A program made the position numbers and the translations under genes. From Bacillota bacterium (lineage in GTDB: Bacteria; Bacillota; Clostridia; Acetivibrionales; DTU013), in the NCBI GenBank assembly GCA_023435925.1, contig JAEZLF010000310.1, forward strand, positions 999-64,998: 64,000 bases of DNA. The letters are read 5' to 3'. This document shows positions 19,806 through 30,235 of the stretch, one piece after another (the first letter of the stretch is position 1; the number at the start of each line of letters is the position of its first letter). The notes beneath the pieces were generated by a model. That model saw nothing but the letters and a program-made list of their open reading frames with translations, made no database searches and was not told where the DNA came from.

Positions 19806-21533
19806 CTATTTCTTCTTCCAGGGCGGAATCTGTGGAAGGCAATCATTAAATCGTTCGCTCATAGATTGTTCATATGCGCCCTTGAACGTACCCTCCAGGA
19901 AGCGGTCCATACTTTCATCCGCAAATGTGCGCCATGAGGAAAGCTCATTTCCCGGAACAATGGGATAAAATGATACATTATTGGCGCGTGCGGCCTCTAA
20001 ATCACCCGGCGAGTCACCAATCATCAAAATATTATTCAAATCATAATGGCCGCGTAATGCACGGATACACTCATTTTTTGAGCCGTCCTCCTGAGCGCAG
20101 AGCATATGGACATGTTTCATTAAATCATGTTCCTCCCACTCTCTTAAAAGCGCCTCGCGGGGTGTAGCTGATACAATGATGATATCCGCCCGCTTCTGCA
20201 ATTTCTCAAGGCACTCCCTCACGGCAGGATACGGAGGAATTCCATGCACCATCTGCGCCGCTCGCCTGTTCATCTCCAGAGACCACTCCAGAGCGCGTTT
20301 CATTATAGGATCACCCGCATGTCTGGCAAGATCATCGTTATTGAGCACCGGTGCAGTTTGTACCCATTTACGTAACGAGGTGATGTCTGGCAGTTGGAAA
20401 CCAATCTGCTGGATTTCATCACGATCCTGCAACAGATCGAAAACAAGCAGAATTTCATGAAAACGAGAGCGTCCCCGATCTCTTGAATATAAATTAGAGT
20501 ATTCCCAGGCTTCGCGAATATATTTTGCAATGGGCTGCAAACCCCAAACTTGAATTGTGACAGGGCAGAAACATTCTTTATGCTTTATTTCCATGGTATC
20601 GAACACGCAGCCATCGGAATCAAAGCAAACCATATGTGCATGTTTAGGGGCATAACTCTCAAAAGTTGTCATCAGGCCAGAAGTTGAAGGTTGGCCTTCC
20701 TGATGTTTTAAAATGAACTTCTCAATCGCCTGTCCAACCCCGTCTTCATAATACGGCGCCGTCACATGGAAAGCTTTTTCCTTTACACTTTCAGGTGCAT
20801 TGGCTACCGCAACACCCATGGCAGCTTTCTCGATAATAGGGGCATCCAGATAGCTGTCCCCAAGTGCCATGACATGTTCGTAGCCGATTCCCAGTTTTTC
20901 AAATAGACACTCAAGAGCTTCCCTCCTGTTTAGCCGTTTGGGGAAAAGCTGGATGTCTCTTCCTGCTCCTTCAGTAATATGAAGAAAATTCGTTGTCTGC
21001 AAAGCTTCTATTATTGAGAGCTGCTTATCTTCAGGAACACCATAAATATTAATTTTTTCAATTCCGATGTTATTTTCGAGAAAATATTCCGACGGTTTAT
21101 CTACGGGTATTTGTCGGCCGTCTTCTACAAACCAGACATGATGAGGAGGAACAGGATAATCTTCCAGGTGGTCATTGACTTCCTTCTCCATATAAATCAA
21201 ACCATTGGCCGAAATTTCCGAATATATTTTCTGACCTTCAAATATGCGGCAGATCTCCGCAGATTCCTCAGGCGTAAAAAGAGATTGGTACAGGATTTCC
21301 CCTGTATGGCGATCCACCACGCGTGCTCCATTGGAAGTAAGCCAATAACGAAACCGCTTATCGTTTTCAATCTGAGGCGGAAACATATCCTCTACACGGC
21401 CGGTTGTCGGGATCACTTCAACTCCCATATCCATAGCTTTTTGAAGCGCCTTCATATTGCGCACTGAAAGATAAACCTGGTCGCGTTGCAATGCCGTACC
21501 GTCAAAGTCAAGCAGAATCGCCTTAATATCCAT
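19806..21533 (-). CDS. tandem HAD-superfamily hydrolase fusion (Cof-type HAD-IIB N-terminal half plus HAD-IA-like C-terminal half)
   Basis: LLDFDGTAL and GDSYLDAPI in the first half; CFDSDGCVFD and GDSPGDLEAA in the second. The ATG at 21533 has an AAGGAG RBS, so the longer track ORF is probably over-extended. Confidence 0.7.
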   Translation of the reverse strand: MDIKAILLDFDGTALQRDQVYLSVRNMKALQKAMDMGVEVIPTTGRVEDMFPPQIENDKRFRYWLTSNGARVVDRHTGEILYQSLFTPEESAEICRIFEGQKIYSEISANGLIYMEKEVNDHLEDYPVPPHHVWFVEDGRQIPVDKPSEYFLENNIGIEKINIYGVPEDKQLSIIEALQTTNFLHITEGAGRDIQLFPKRLNRREALECLFEKLGIGYEHVMALGDSYLDAPIIEKAAMGVAVANAPESVKEKAFHVTAPYYEDGVGQAIEKFILKHQEGQPSTSGLMTTFESYAPKHAHMVCFDSDGCVFDTMEIKHKECFCPVTIQVWGLQPIAKYIREAWEYSNLYSRDRGRSRFHEILLVFDLLQDRDEIQQIGFQLPDITSLRKWVQTAPVLNNDDLARHAGDPIMKRALEWSLEMNRRAAQMVHGIPPYPAVRECLEKLQKRADIIIVSATPREALLREWEEHDLMKHVHMLCAQEDGSKNECIRALRGHYDLNNILMIGDSPGDLEAARANNVSFYPIVPGNELSSWRTFADESMDRFLEGTFKGAYEQSMSERFNDCLPQIPPWKKK

Positions 21534-21643
21534 AATAATACTCCTTGCATGATGTATTGTGTTGCTTACTGTAGTGATTACAGAATGCTGTCTAATGTTG
21601 TCGAAAAATCTGCAATCGCTTACATATATCATAAATCTTTTTT

Positions 21644-21676
21644 TGGAACGTGTCAATTAATTTTTGGAACGTGTCA
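21644..21676. promoter_or_regulatory. two tandem TGGAACGTGTCA boxes (candidate operators) in the divergent promoter region
   Basis: TTTTTGGAACGTGTCA is repeated exactly, with starts at 21644 and 21665, 21 bp (two helical turns) apart. The ACGT-centred partial palindrome resembles a LacI-family operator half-symmetry. Confidence 0.45.
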
Positions 21677-21801
21677 CATTTTTAAGTAAGCCACTATTAT
21701 TTCTTGCCAACCCCGGACAAATAGTGTATATTTTATATACATAACTGTAAAAAACTCTCGAAGCAGTCTTGTCTATACCAAAAATTTTTTCGAGGTATGA
21801 T

Positions 21802-23964
21802 ATGCCAACCATAAAGGATATTGCAAAAGCCGCCGGCGTTTCCCACGGCACAGTTTCCAATGTGTTGAACAAGCGTCCCGGTGTCAGCTATGAGAAAATA
21901 CGGCTTGTAGAGCAAACTGCAATCGCAATGGGTTATGCCATCGATGAAAAGGCAAGTTTGCTTCGTAAGGGAACTACCCGTACACTGGCAGTAATGCTTC
22001 CCACCCTTGCAGAGAAGCACTATTGTGATTTATATACTGGTATTCTTCGTTATGCGCAAAGCCAGCAGTATTCCGTACGGTTATTTTTAACAAACGATCT
22101 TCCTTACGTGGAAAGGCGTAACATACTAGAAGCGCTTGCGCTGAAGGTTTGTAGCGTTCTGACTGTTTCATGTCTTGAAAACCACAAAAAAGAATATCAG
22201 CCTATTGTGTCACGGAAAATTCCGCTGCTTTTTATAGAAAGGCAGCCGGACAGCGCATCATTTTGTTCGTACGTCTTTGACATGGAACAGGCAGCCGGAC
22301 ATATCGCTGCGAAAGTAACTCTCGGCTCAGACGCTTGTATTCTTACAGGGGAAGCGTTTTATTCCGATCAGGCTGCACTTCGGAAAGCTTTACAAAAATA
22401 TTTATCACTTCAGGACACCGATTTCTATGAAAACCGCCGTGGTGAACAATCCCCTGCAGTACACATTTTATTGCAACGCGAGCGGAAACCGGATGTCATA
22501 GTTTGTTCCAATGAAACACTTGCAGATAAAGTGCAGCTTACATATGCCGAAAGCGGAGCACCCATACCAGCAATTGTGACGCTTTCTTCGCTGCGCCCTT
22601 CACATAATGCCCGATATCACAACATTACGCTGAATTATCGTATGCTTGGCCGGCAGGCAGCCATTTCGATCATCGAACAGGCTGGAAACAAGCTGATACC
22701 TTCCTCCCGCGTGTTCTCCGTCTCGGGCTGCACTGAGCCGTTTTCCTCACCGGCAGTTATCCAAAAAAAGCCACTGCGACTGCTGGCCCACGAAACACCG
22801 GCCATTACGGCGCTTAGCTATCTGTTGCCTCGCTTCACGCAGCGTTATGGTATCCCTGTTGAGGTGCATGCCGGTTCCATGGCGGAGGTTTTTGAACGGA
22901 TCCTTTCACCGGATGTAGCCAATTGGGATGTTGTAAGGCTTGATCCTTCAACCCTGTCTTATCTGGGGCCGCGCATCCTTTGTAATCTGAGTGAGATTGA
23001 ACCAGATGCCGTAAGCCTGATGAATCAGTATCTCCCCAATCTGCAAAACGATTTTTCGTTCATTGGAGGGAAGCTCTGCGCGTTGCCCTTTGACATCAGC
23101 GTTCAGATGCTGTTTTATCAGCGTTCACTATTTGATGACATCGGTCAAATCAGAGCGTTTTTTGAAGAAACCGGGAAGACCCTGACGGTACCGACTACTT
23201 ATCAGGAGTTTGACCGCATATGTCGTTTCTTTTGCAAAGCCCACCGTCCGGATTCTCCCATCCAGTACGGCGCAAGCCTTGCCCCCACAAACCCAACCTC
23301 TGTCGCTAATGATTATCTACCGCGCTTGCTATCAGCCGGCGGGCTGTCCTATACTGCAAATGGGTTCTTGAACCTCAGTACACCTATAGCACTAAAAGCG
23401 TTGAAGGAATATATTGCATACGCTTCTTTAGCCAGCCCGTCTCATGTGAAAAGCTGGAGTGAAATTGCAGAAAACTTTGTAAACGGTGAATCCGCAACCG
23501 CTGTTCTTTATGTCAACCACGCTTCCGGTTTTATGAAAGCCCAAAGCGCCAATGTTGGTATTGAAATTGGATATGCACCCATTCCCGGAGGTCACCCTCT
23601 GCTTGGCGGCGGTTCCATGGGGGTGTGTAAGCAAACCGTACAGCCTGAAGAGGCTTATGAATTTGTTCGTTGGGCTACCGGCGAAGCCATCGCACCTGAA
23701 ATGGTCATGCTCGGCGGCGTTTCAGCCTGTAAAAACGTATATGAGCAATGTGAAATTCTTGATACATATCCATGGCTGGAAGCCCTGCCGAATTATATTC
23801 AAATGGGAATCCGCAAGCCAATTCTCTCACCATTGGATATTGACTACAATCAGCGTGATTTTGAATATACTCTGGGCGAGCATTTAATGCGGGCAATCGC
23901 AGGAGAGGAAACACCAGAAGAAGCGCTTTTGAATACACAAAAAACATTAGATATGATCCGATGA
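21802..23964 (+). CDS. LacI-type HTH regulator fused to a C-terminal extracellular-solute-binding-protein-like domain
   Basis: N-terminus MPTIKDIAKAAGVSHGTVSNVLN is a LacI HTH. The middle is a PBP1-like sugar-binding core and the C-terminal roughly 350 aa are SBP family-1-like. The ATG at 21802 has a GAGG RBS. Confidence 0.65.
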   Translation: MPTIKDIAKAAGVSHGTVSNVLNKRPGVSYEKIRLVEQTAIAMGYAIDEKASLLRKGTTRTLAVMLPTLAEKHYCDLYTGILRYAQSQQYSVRLFLTNDLPYVERRNILEALALKVCSVLTVSCLENHKKEYQPIVSRKIPLLFIERQPDSASFCSYVFDMEQAAGHIAAKVTLGSDACILTGEAFYSDQAALRKALQKYLSLQDTDFYENRRGEQSPAVHILLQRERKPDVIVCSNETLADKVQLTYAESGAPIPAIVTLSSLRPSHNARYHNITLNYRMLGRQAAISIIEQAGNKLIPSSRVFSVSGCTEPFSSPAVIQKKPLRLLAHETPAITALSYLLPRFTQRYGIPVEVHAGSMAEVFERILSPDVANWDVVRLDPSTLSYLGPRILCNLSEIEPDAVSLMNQYLPNLQNDFSFIGGKLCALPFDISVQMLFYQRSLFDDIGQIRAFFEETGKTLTVPTTYQEFDRICRFFCKAHRPDSPIQYGASLAPTNPTSVANDYLPRLLSAGGLSYTANGFLNLSTPIALKALKEYIAYASLASPSHVKSWSEIAENFVNGESATAVLYVNHASGFMKAQSANVGIEIGYAPIPGGHPLLGGGSMGVCKQTVQPEEAYEFVRWATGEAIAPEMVMLGGVSACKNVYEQCEILDTYPWLEALPNYIQMGIRKPILSPLDIDYNQRDFEYTLGEHLMRAIAGEETPEEALLNTQKTLDMIR

Positions 23965-24237
23965 ATATGAAGTGCAGATGCCCGTTGGAGAGCGGTATGT
24001 CTGATCTACCATTGGACTTGTTTATTGCAGATGGATGTGTACTGGATGTAAGAAATCAATCTGTTGCCAGCTTTGAAGTTGTCGCTTTTCCATTAAAGAT
24101 AAAAGCCGATAGTTCCATGACAAGAGCTGTTCAAGGATTATTCATTAATGAAAACTATGCATTTAACCATCCAAGTGAGTAAGCTTTTTAAAATAATGTC
24201 AATAATAAATAAGAACACAATATTTATATCCTATTAA

Positions 24238-25233
24238 ATGGAGAGTTGCGTGAATTTAAAATATATAAAAGAACCTATATTGTATCAAGGAAGAAAGAAA
24301 AGCAGAAAGTATTTCGAAGGGTGGTATTTTAAGCAAGTAGCTCCGGATTTGAAATGTTCAATTTGCGTAATTCCTGGAATAGCTAAAGATCAGCACAATA
24401 CGCACGCCTTCATACAAACCATCATAAATGTATCTGCTGATCCGGAGGCAAGGCTTGAAACACACTATCATCAGTTTATAATTGATGATTTCAAATATGA
24501 CGATGATCCGTTTTGTTTAAGAATTGGCAAAAATACATTCAGAAGTAATGAAATGGAACTTAATCTGTCTGATGATAAGTATTCTCTTTATGGAAAAATT
24601 GTTTTTTCTGAACTAACTAAAATTAAAACAAGCATACTCTCCCCTAATATTATGGGATATTATGCCTATTTTCCGTTTATGGAATGTTATCACGGAATAA
24701 TTAGTATGGGGCACAATCTTCAAGGATTTTTGATTTTGAATAATAAAACAATGGATTTTAGTAATGGTAAAGGCTATATTGAAAAAGATTGGGGAACTTC
24801 CTTTCCAAAAGAGTATGCCTGGCTTCAATCGAATAATTTTATAGGCTCCGATGCAAGTATCATGTGTTCTATTGCCAACATCCCTTTTCTCGGAACTTCA
24901 TTTCAAGGGTTCATATGCAATCTTTCTCTTAACACCCAAGAATACAGATTTGCAAGTTACAATTATAGTAAGCTGATAAAGTTAAATTGTACGGATAATA
25001 GTGTTGATATTACAATGGTGAAAGGCAATCACAAGCTTGAAGTAAGTGCAAAAATGCAAGAGAGAGGAATATTGAAATCTCCAAAAAAAGGTGTTATGAA
25101 TACTACAGTCAAGGAAGGGCTGAGTGGAGTTGTAGATGTAAAGCTGACAAAAATCACAGGAGAAATACTATTTAAAGGAGTTGGTAATCCTTGCGGTATT
25201 GAGTTGGTTAAAAGCTTAGCTGATGTTAAATAA
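24238..25233 (+). CDS. tocopherol-cyclase-like family protein
   Basis: N-terminal YFEGWYFKQV resembles the FFEGWYFR signature I recall from tocopherol cyclases. Assigned from memory of the motif only. Confidence 0.4.
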   Translation: MESCVNLKYIKEPILYQGRKKSRKYFEGWYFKQVAPDLKCSICVIPGIAKDQHNTHAFIQTIINVSADPEARLETHYHQFIIDDFKYDDDPFCLRIGKNTFRSNEMELNLSDDKYSLYGKIVFSELTKIKTSILSPNIMGYYAYFPFMECYHGIISMGHNLQGFLILNNKTMDFSNGKGYIEKDWGTSFPKEYAWLQSNNFIGSDASIMCSIANIPFLGTSFQGFICNLSLNTQEYRFASYNYSKLIKLNCTDNSVDITMVKGNHKLEVSAKMQERGILKSPKKGVMNTTVKEGLSGVVDVKLTKITGEILFKGVGNPCGIELVKSLADVK

Positions 25234-25301
25234 TTACATGCATTTCTGTGCGAAGTGCCCTACGTATGGTTAATTCTATAAGGCACCTCGCATTTATTTT
25301 G

Positions 25302-26276
25302 TTATTTGCTGATGATCTCCACATATACTAATGTTTGGTTTAGTAATTGATATGCGATTTCTCCGAATGTCACCGGCCCTGCAAATGGCGGTGTTGCTTT
25401 ACCGTCAAGCTCACCGTAAAGGTAATTGAGAATACAGTTACATGAATAGATCGGTTGAATATCCGTAAACACATGTAACCGTTCTTCGAAACTCGCTGCA
25501 TAATTGCTGACAGAACGTGCAAAACGATATTCCTTTCCTGAAAATACAGGAGCATAAAAATCAACGGTCTTGTTTTCTTCAGAAATAGATTTTATGGAGA
25601 CGTTTACCAATACGCTATTGTAATCTGCCACTAATGGTAATCTCGTATCAATTTTATTTTCGGCTATATAATCCGATAACACCACTTCTCTTCCGTTGAC
25701 CAAGCATTTCACAACTGATAAAGCGTCTTCCAGAAATTCAATTTTCGTATCATTCTCATCCGTACTAAAAATATTCACTATACCGAGAGAAACCATCTTA
25801 TCATCGGGCAAGCAAATATGTAATGCAACTGCTTTGTCGCAATATGATATGCCGGTAACGCCGTCAAAAACCTTCGCACTTGAATTGGTTGAGAGATCAA
25901 AGCCAGAGATCCAACCAACTGTCGGATTCATAAATATATCACTTGAATTCGGTGCTTCTTTCGCGTAAAATACAGCAACATCACTTGCGAATGGCATAAT
26001 CAAAAATGATACTCCATTATGATACGCATCTTTTGTCATGTCAAATATGTTATTTCTATCGTAAACTTCAGTTTTAAAATCAACTGCGCATGCAATTTCA
26101 TTGACAAACAATTTGTCCTTACAAGTGACTCCTCCCTGCTCCGTAATAAAATAGGGTGTAGTTCCTGCAATCCACTTCCCTTTCGGTAATTCTCTCAGCA
26201 AAGACTCGTCCGCTGCAATATGTAGTATTCTACCTTCATTTATCAATTTAATTGCTTCATTAAGATTAACAAACAT
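25302..26276 (-). CDS. hypothetical protein
   Basis: Long clean ORF of 324 aa with no motif I can recognise. It is operonic with the 72-aa ORF upstream. Confidence 0.5.
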   Translation of the reverse strand: MFVNLNEAIKLINEGRILHIAADESLLRELPKGKWIAGTTPYFITEQGGVTCKDKLFVNEIACAVDFKTEVYDRNNIFDMTKDAYHNGVSFLIMPFASDVAVFYAKEAPNSSDIFMNPTVGWISGFDLSTNSSAKVFDGVTGISYCDKAVALHICLPDDKMVSLGIVNIFSTDENDTKIEFLEDALSVVKCLVNGREVVLSDYIAENKIDTRLPLVADYNSVLVNVSIKSISEENKTVDFYAPVFSGKEYRFARSVSNYAASFEERLHVFTDIQPIYSCNCILNYLYGELDGKATPPFAGPVTFGEIAYQLLNQTLVYVEIISK

Positions 26277-26288
26277 ACTTTATACCTC

Positions 26289-26507
26289 CTATAATACCTT
26301 CAGTTTTTCGATATCTTTTGCCATAATTCCAGAATACTTTTCAAAGAACACTTTCATTTCCTGTAAACAGTTGTTAAGCTCTTCCGGAGACTGATTAATC
26401 GAGTACTTTCTTTGTAATCTGGCAATTAAAAGATTCAGGCCAAGGTTAGTTGATTCATACTTCGCTTGATTTTTGATTAATTTCTCAAGATTTACATCTA
26501 GCTCCAT
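26289..26507 (-). CDS. hypothetical small helical protein
   Basis: 72-aa ORF located 12 nt upstream of 25302..26276. Confidence 0.4.
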   Translation of the reverse strand: MELDVNLEKLIKNQAKYESTNLGLNLLIARLQRKYSINQSPEELNNCLQEMKVFFEKYSGIMAKDIEKLKVL

Positions 26508-26718
26508 ACTTGTGATCTCCTCTCTTTTTTACTTAACAGATGCGGCATTGAAACAAAATACCTATTAAACCTAATAATATAAAATCTTTCATTTTTTCAA
26601 TAACATTATTTTACACTAAATAATAATACCCGACAAGATGTTTGTGATATGATAGCAAATGATCAGGATAACCTCATTATTTACGAATAGTATATTGGTG
26701 AACGGTGATACTATTAAT

Positions 26719-27738
26719 ATGTTTATACCTAAAAGAATTATTTTTGAGAAAGACTCATTAGAATATGATTTGGCTCAGGAGATTCTGGCTAAATTTAAAG
26801 ATAAGGATATTGAAATCATTAATTTGACTTCCAATAAACTCAAGCAGCACATTCCCGGCAATGATTTGTCCGCTCAATATAAAGAAGGTAAGAAGACTTT
26901 AGTGGTTGGAACAAAGAAGAGTTTAAAGTTTCAATCCTGCAAACCTTCGGCTCATTATCAGCTTCCTTTAGTATCAGGCTGCATGGGGCAATGTCAGTAC
27001 TGTTACTTAAATACTATGTTAGGTGATAAGCCTTTTGTAAAAATCCACGCTAATATAAACGAAATTCTTGATCAAGCCCGGAAATATATCGATGAAAGAG
27101 CACCCGATATAACGATATTTGAAGGAGCTGCTACATCTGACCCTGTACCTGTGGAGCCTTATACGCATTCATTACAAAAAGCAATCACATTCTTTGGCGA
27201 GCAAAAAAACGCAAGATTTCGGTTTGTAACAAAGTACAATGATATCGATACATTGCTCAAATTAGAGCACAATGGTCATACAGAAATAAGATTTAGTATC
27301 AATACTTCTGCTGTTATAGACCAATATGAACATTTAACAGCCAACGTGAACAAAAGGATCGAAGCAAGCATAAAGGTTGCGGAGGCGGGATATCCTATGG
27401 GCTATTTAATTGCTCCTGTATTTATATACGATAATTGGCAGGATGAGTATCATCATTTATTGCTGGATTTAAAGAGGAAACTTCCAAATGGTTTAAATTT
27501 TCCAGTGACTTTTGAGATTATTTCACACCGCTATACTACAACGGCCAAAAATAGAATACTTCAGGTATTTCCTGAAAGCGAATTACCTATGAATGATGAA
27601 GACCGCAAATATAAGTATGGACAATTTGGATATGGAAAGTATGTCTATCCTCAGGACAGCATGGATGAGATAAAGCAATTCTTTACAAAAGAGTTGGAAG
27701 AACTGTTTCCAAATGAGGAGGTTAAATATATTATTTGA
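26719..27738 (+). CDS. splB: spore photoproduct lyase (radical SAM)
   Basis: Alignable end to end with my memory of B. subtilis SplB: CMGQCQYCYL radical-SAM cluster, RFVTK, RFSIN, GYPMGYLIAPV. The start MFIPKRIIFE is at 26719. Confidence 0.9.
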   Translation: MFIPKRIIFEKDSLEYDLAQEILAKFKDKDIEIINLTSNKLKQHIPGNDLSAQYKEGKKTLVVGTKKSLKFQSCKPSAHYQLPLVSGCMGQCQYCYLNTMLGDKPFVKIHANINEILDQARKYIDERAPDITIFEGAATSDPVPVEPYTHSLQKAITFFGEQKNARFRFVTKYNDIDTLLKLEHNGHTEIRFSINTSAVIDQYEHLTANVNKRIEASIKVAEAGYPMGYLIAPVFIYDNWQDEYHHLLLDLKRKLPNGLNFPVTFEIISHRYTTTAKNRILQVFPESELPMNDEDRKYKYGQFGYGKYVYPQDSMDEIKQFFTKELEELFPNEEVKYII

Positions 27739-27827
27739 TGTAAATTACTCCAACAATAGTTAACCTATAATTGTAGTGATAGAAGATACCAATCTTGATA
27801 TCATAGAAAAGCCTATTTTAACTTCAG

Positions 27828-27974
27828 TCCCCCTATTTTCTGCAGCATGCCCACAATCCCGTTGACTGGTACCCCTGGGGGCCGGAAGCTTTTTCAAGAG
27901 CAGTTTCCGAAAACAAACCAATCTTTCTCAGCATCGGTTACTCCACATGTCATTGGTGCCATGTCCGCATATAA
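27828..27974 (+). pseudogene. relic 5' fragment of the DUF255/thioredoxin-domain gene (copy A), truncated at both ends
   Basis: It translates [48 protein letters not shown]. There is no start codon, since a stop lies upstream in frame. Homology ends at the same TGGTGCCA block (27954-27961) as the attL copy. Confidence 0.75.
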
Positions 27975-28282
27975 CAGCAATTCGGAAAGTATATTTTTGA
28001 GAATTAACAAATGCGCAATTGCATCAAAGAAATAAGATTTCACTGGTGCAGGTATTATGCAGGTTATTGTGTGGTGTTTATCCTAAAAAGAATCATATTT
28101 TATTTTATATTTTCATAAATAAATTTGCCCTTAACATGACACCATCTCCTTTCCTCAAGATTTAACCATTTTTATCCTACCATTCAGGGTTATTGTCGTC
28201 AATATAATTCATGATACTATTGTATGAATTCGGGAATAACTAAGAACAAATACATGCTATGCTAATAGAGAGGTTGATAAAT

Positions 28283-28477
28283 ATGAGTAAAAATAAAAAG
28301 CCAAACAGACTGATTAATGAAAAATCTCCATACTTACTCCAACACGCTCATAACCCCGTAGACTGGTACCCCTGGGGGCCGGATGCCTTTTCACGAGCTG
28401 TTTCCGAGGATAAACCCATATTCCTCTCCATCGGCTATTCCACTTGTCACTGGTGCCAGTTTCATCAAATACACTAA
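28283..28477 (+). pseudogene. host 5' portion of the DUF255/YyaL-type thioredoxin-domain gene, severed by prophage insertion (attL side)
   Basis: GAGAGG RBS. Translation [58 protein letters not shown] is followed by six phage-derived codons and a stop. Composition is host-like. Confidence 0.85.
28442..28458. repeat. attL core block ACTTGTCACTGGTGCCA (inferred crossover dinucleotide CA at 28457-28458)
   Basis: This is the last stretch shared with 62728-62744 and 27945-27961. The integrase stop codon lies only 16 bp to the right. Confidence 0.7.
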
Positions 28478-29988
28478 TTGTATTCAATTTCTATTTCTGC
28501 ATCTTCACTTACTCTAGTCCATGTTATAACCTTAATTAGTTTTTTATATATTGTATTCAAATTAATAACATTAATTATTTTTAATCTATTTAACATATCC
28601 TTATAATAAGTAATTCTATCCTCTGGATTTACGCTTTGTAAATTTAACATTTTTCTTTCCAGTATATCAATTTCTTTAGTAGTTGAATAAACTAAACTTT
28701 CCCATTTCTCTTTTCTTTGTAACCATTCGTCTCTTTTATAATCTCCCAATTCATAAGCTTCGTTGACCTTATCTAAAGCAGAAACGTATTTTTCATAATC
28801 TTTTTGCTTTTTGCTTATTTCTATTTTCAAGGTTTTGATATCATTGACATAATTCCCATCATCATTTTTCTCGAGCAATTCTATTGATTTTTTAATATGA
28901 ATCTCTGCTTTCTTTTTTACCGTTTCTAATACTTCTTTATAATTTCCCCCTCTATTCGCACACTTTTCCCCCACTTCGCTTATGTGCCAGCATGGTTTTA
29001 TAAGTATATAACCATTATTCTTTTTTTGAAATGTCATGCCATAACCACATATACCACATTTAATTAGTCCACTTAATTCATATGTTCCTGCTCTCGCCCT
29101 TTTAGGTGTTTTTTGTCGTTTATTAATTAACTCTATTATTATATCGTGTTCCAATTGTGTTTTAGTAGCTTCATGACAGTTATCAACGATATTCCATTCA
29201 CTTCTAGGTAGTTCTCTATATTCTTTAGCATTAGATTTCTTAATCTTATGCCCATCGCCCTTTGTTTTATTTGTGATAATTTTACCTAGGTGAGTTTCGT
29301 CTGTTAATAATCTATATATTGCTACATTTGACCAAGCTTTACCTTTAGAACTCAATATATTTTTCTTATTCAAATCAATTGATATATTTTGTGGAGTTAC
29401 ACCTTTTAAAGCTTGTTCAATAATATATCTGTAAATCTCTAATTTTTCATCATTTACAACTAAACCTTTTTCATTAAACTTACCATTCCACTCTTGATAT
29501 TCATAAGGGAATGGAGGAATCCCATTTGTCCAATTACCCATCTTTGCTCCGGCTTTTTTACCTTGTCTTAATCTTCGGGTTATGGTTTTATATTCGTGTC
29601 TTGCGAAGAAACTTTGAAAATCAGAATAATCTTCATCTGATTCATTATTTAAGTCATAAATTTTACTTGGAGTAATAATTAATGTGTTAGATTTTTTTAA
29701 TATATCTTCAATATAACCTTGCTCATTTTTGCTTCCTCTTGACAATCTATCATAATCCATTACAACTACCGCATCATATAACTCTGATTCAACTTCGCTT
29801 AGAAGTTTTTTAAATTGTGGTCTCATCTCAATACTGTCTGATGTTCCAATTTCTGCATATTCAACATATTTCCAATTATTTTTCTCGCATAATTCTACTA
29901 ATGCATTCCTATGCTTCTGGAGGTCTTTTTCTTCATCACCCCTTGACTTTCTTAAATATATCGCAACAAATCTAACATCATATGTCAT
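28474..29988 (-). CDS. large serine recombinase (phage integrase)
   Basis: The N-terminal resolvase domain ([16 protein letters not shown]) is followed by a recombinase domain, a zinc-ribbon (CGICGYGM...C) and a coiled-coil. The ATG at 29988 has an AAGGGG RBS; the track uses an upstream TTG at 30012. Confidence 0.9.
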   Translation of the reverse strand: MTYDVRFVAIYLRKSRGDEEKDLQKHRNALVELCEKNNWKYVEYAEIGTSDSIEMRPQFKKLLSEVESELYDAVVVMDYDRLSRGSKNEQGYIEDILKKSNTLIITPSKIYDLNNESDEDYSDFQSFFARHEYKTITRRLRQGKKAGAKMGNWTNGIPPFPYEYQEWNGKFNEKGLVVNDEKLEIYRYIIEQALKGVTPQNISIDLNKKNILSSKGKAWSNVAIYRLLTDETHLGKIITNKTKGDGHKIKKSNAKEYRELPRSEWNIVDNCHEATKTQLEHDIIIELINKRQKTPKRARAGTYELSGLIKCGICGYGMTFQKKNNGYILIKPCWHISEVGEKCANRGGNYKEVLETVKKKAEIHIKKSIELLEKNDDGNYVNDIKTLKIEISKKQKDYEKYVSALDKVNEAYELGDYKRDEWLQRKEKWESLVYSTTKEIDILERKMLNLQSVNPEDRITYYKDMLNRLKIINVINLNTIYKKLIKVITWTRVSEDAEIEIEYN

Positions 29989-30008
29989 AATTTTCAACCC
30001 CTTAATAG

Positions 30009-30140
30009 TCAATATTTGGCTATTTCGTTTCTATTATATTTAACAATGTCAATTTTGTCAAATACACTTCCAATTGCTTGTGCTGTTTTCTTAATTGCCT
30101 CATCAGATGGCTGATTTTTAATTATTACGTTTATTTTCAT
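30009..30140 (-). CDS. small 43-aa protein immediately upstream of the integrase (possible directionality factor; function unknown)
   Basis: GAGGGAG RBS directly upstream of the ATG (about 2-nt spacer). Translation: MKINVIIKNQPSDEAIKKTAQAIGSVFDKIDIVKYNRNEIAKY. The stop abuts the integrase start region. Confidence 0.35.
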   Translation of the reverse strand: MKINVIIKNQPSDEAIKKTAQAIGSVFDKIDIVKYNRNEIAKY

Positions 30141-30172
30141 ATCTCCCTCACATTCTTATCAATAAAAATTGC

Positions 30173-30208
30173 AAAAACAAAATAGGGACATACCATTTGG
30201 TACACCCC
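30173..30208 (-). terminator. rho-independent terminator after the holin gene (end of the late operon)
   Basis: Minus-strand hairpin GGGGUGUACCA..UGGUAUGUCCC (with G-U pairs) followed by UAUUUUGUUUUUG. Confidence 0.55.
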
Positions 30209-30235
30209 TCATTTATATATCTTGTATTTACTTTA

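Noticed and set aside
23961-24182. A 73-aa ORF overlapping the regulator's stop codon (ATGA).
   Set aside because: No RBS and no recognisable features. The coding status cannot be supported from sequence alone.
27847-28035. The track [17 protein letters not shown]... on the plus strand.
   Set aside because: It is an out-of-frame reading of the relic thioredoxin-gene fragment. The meaningful frame is the one giving [14 protein letters not shown]...
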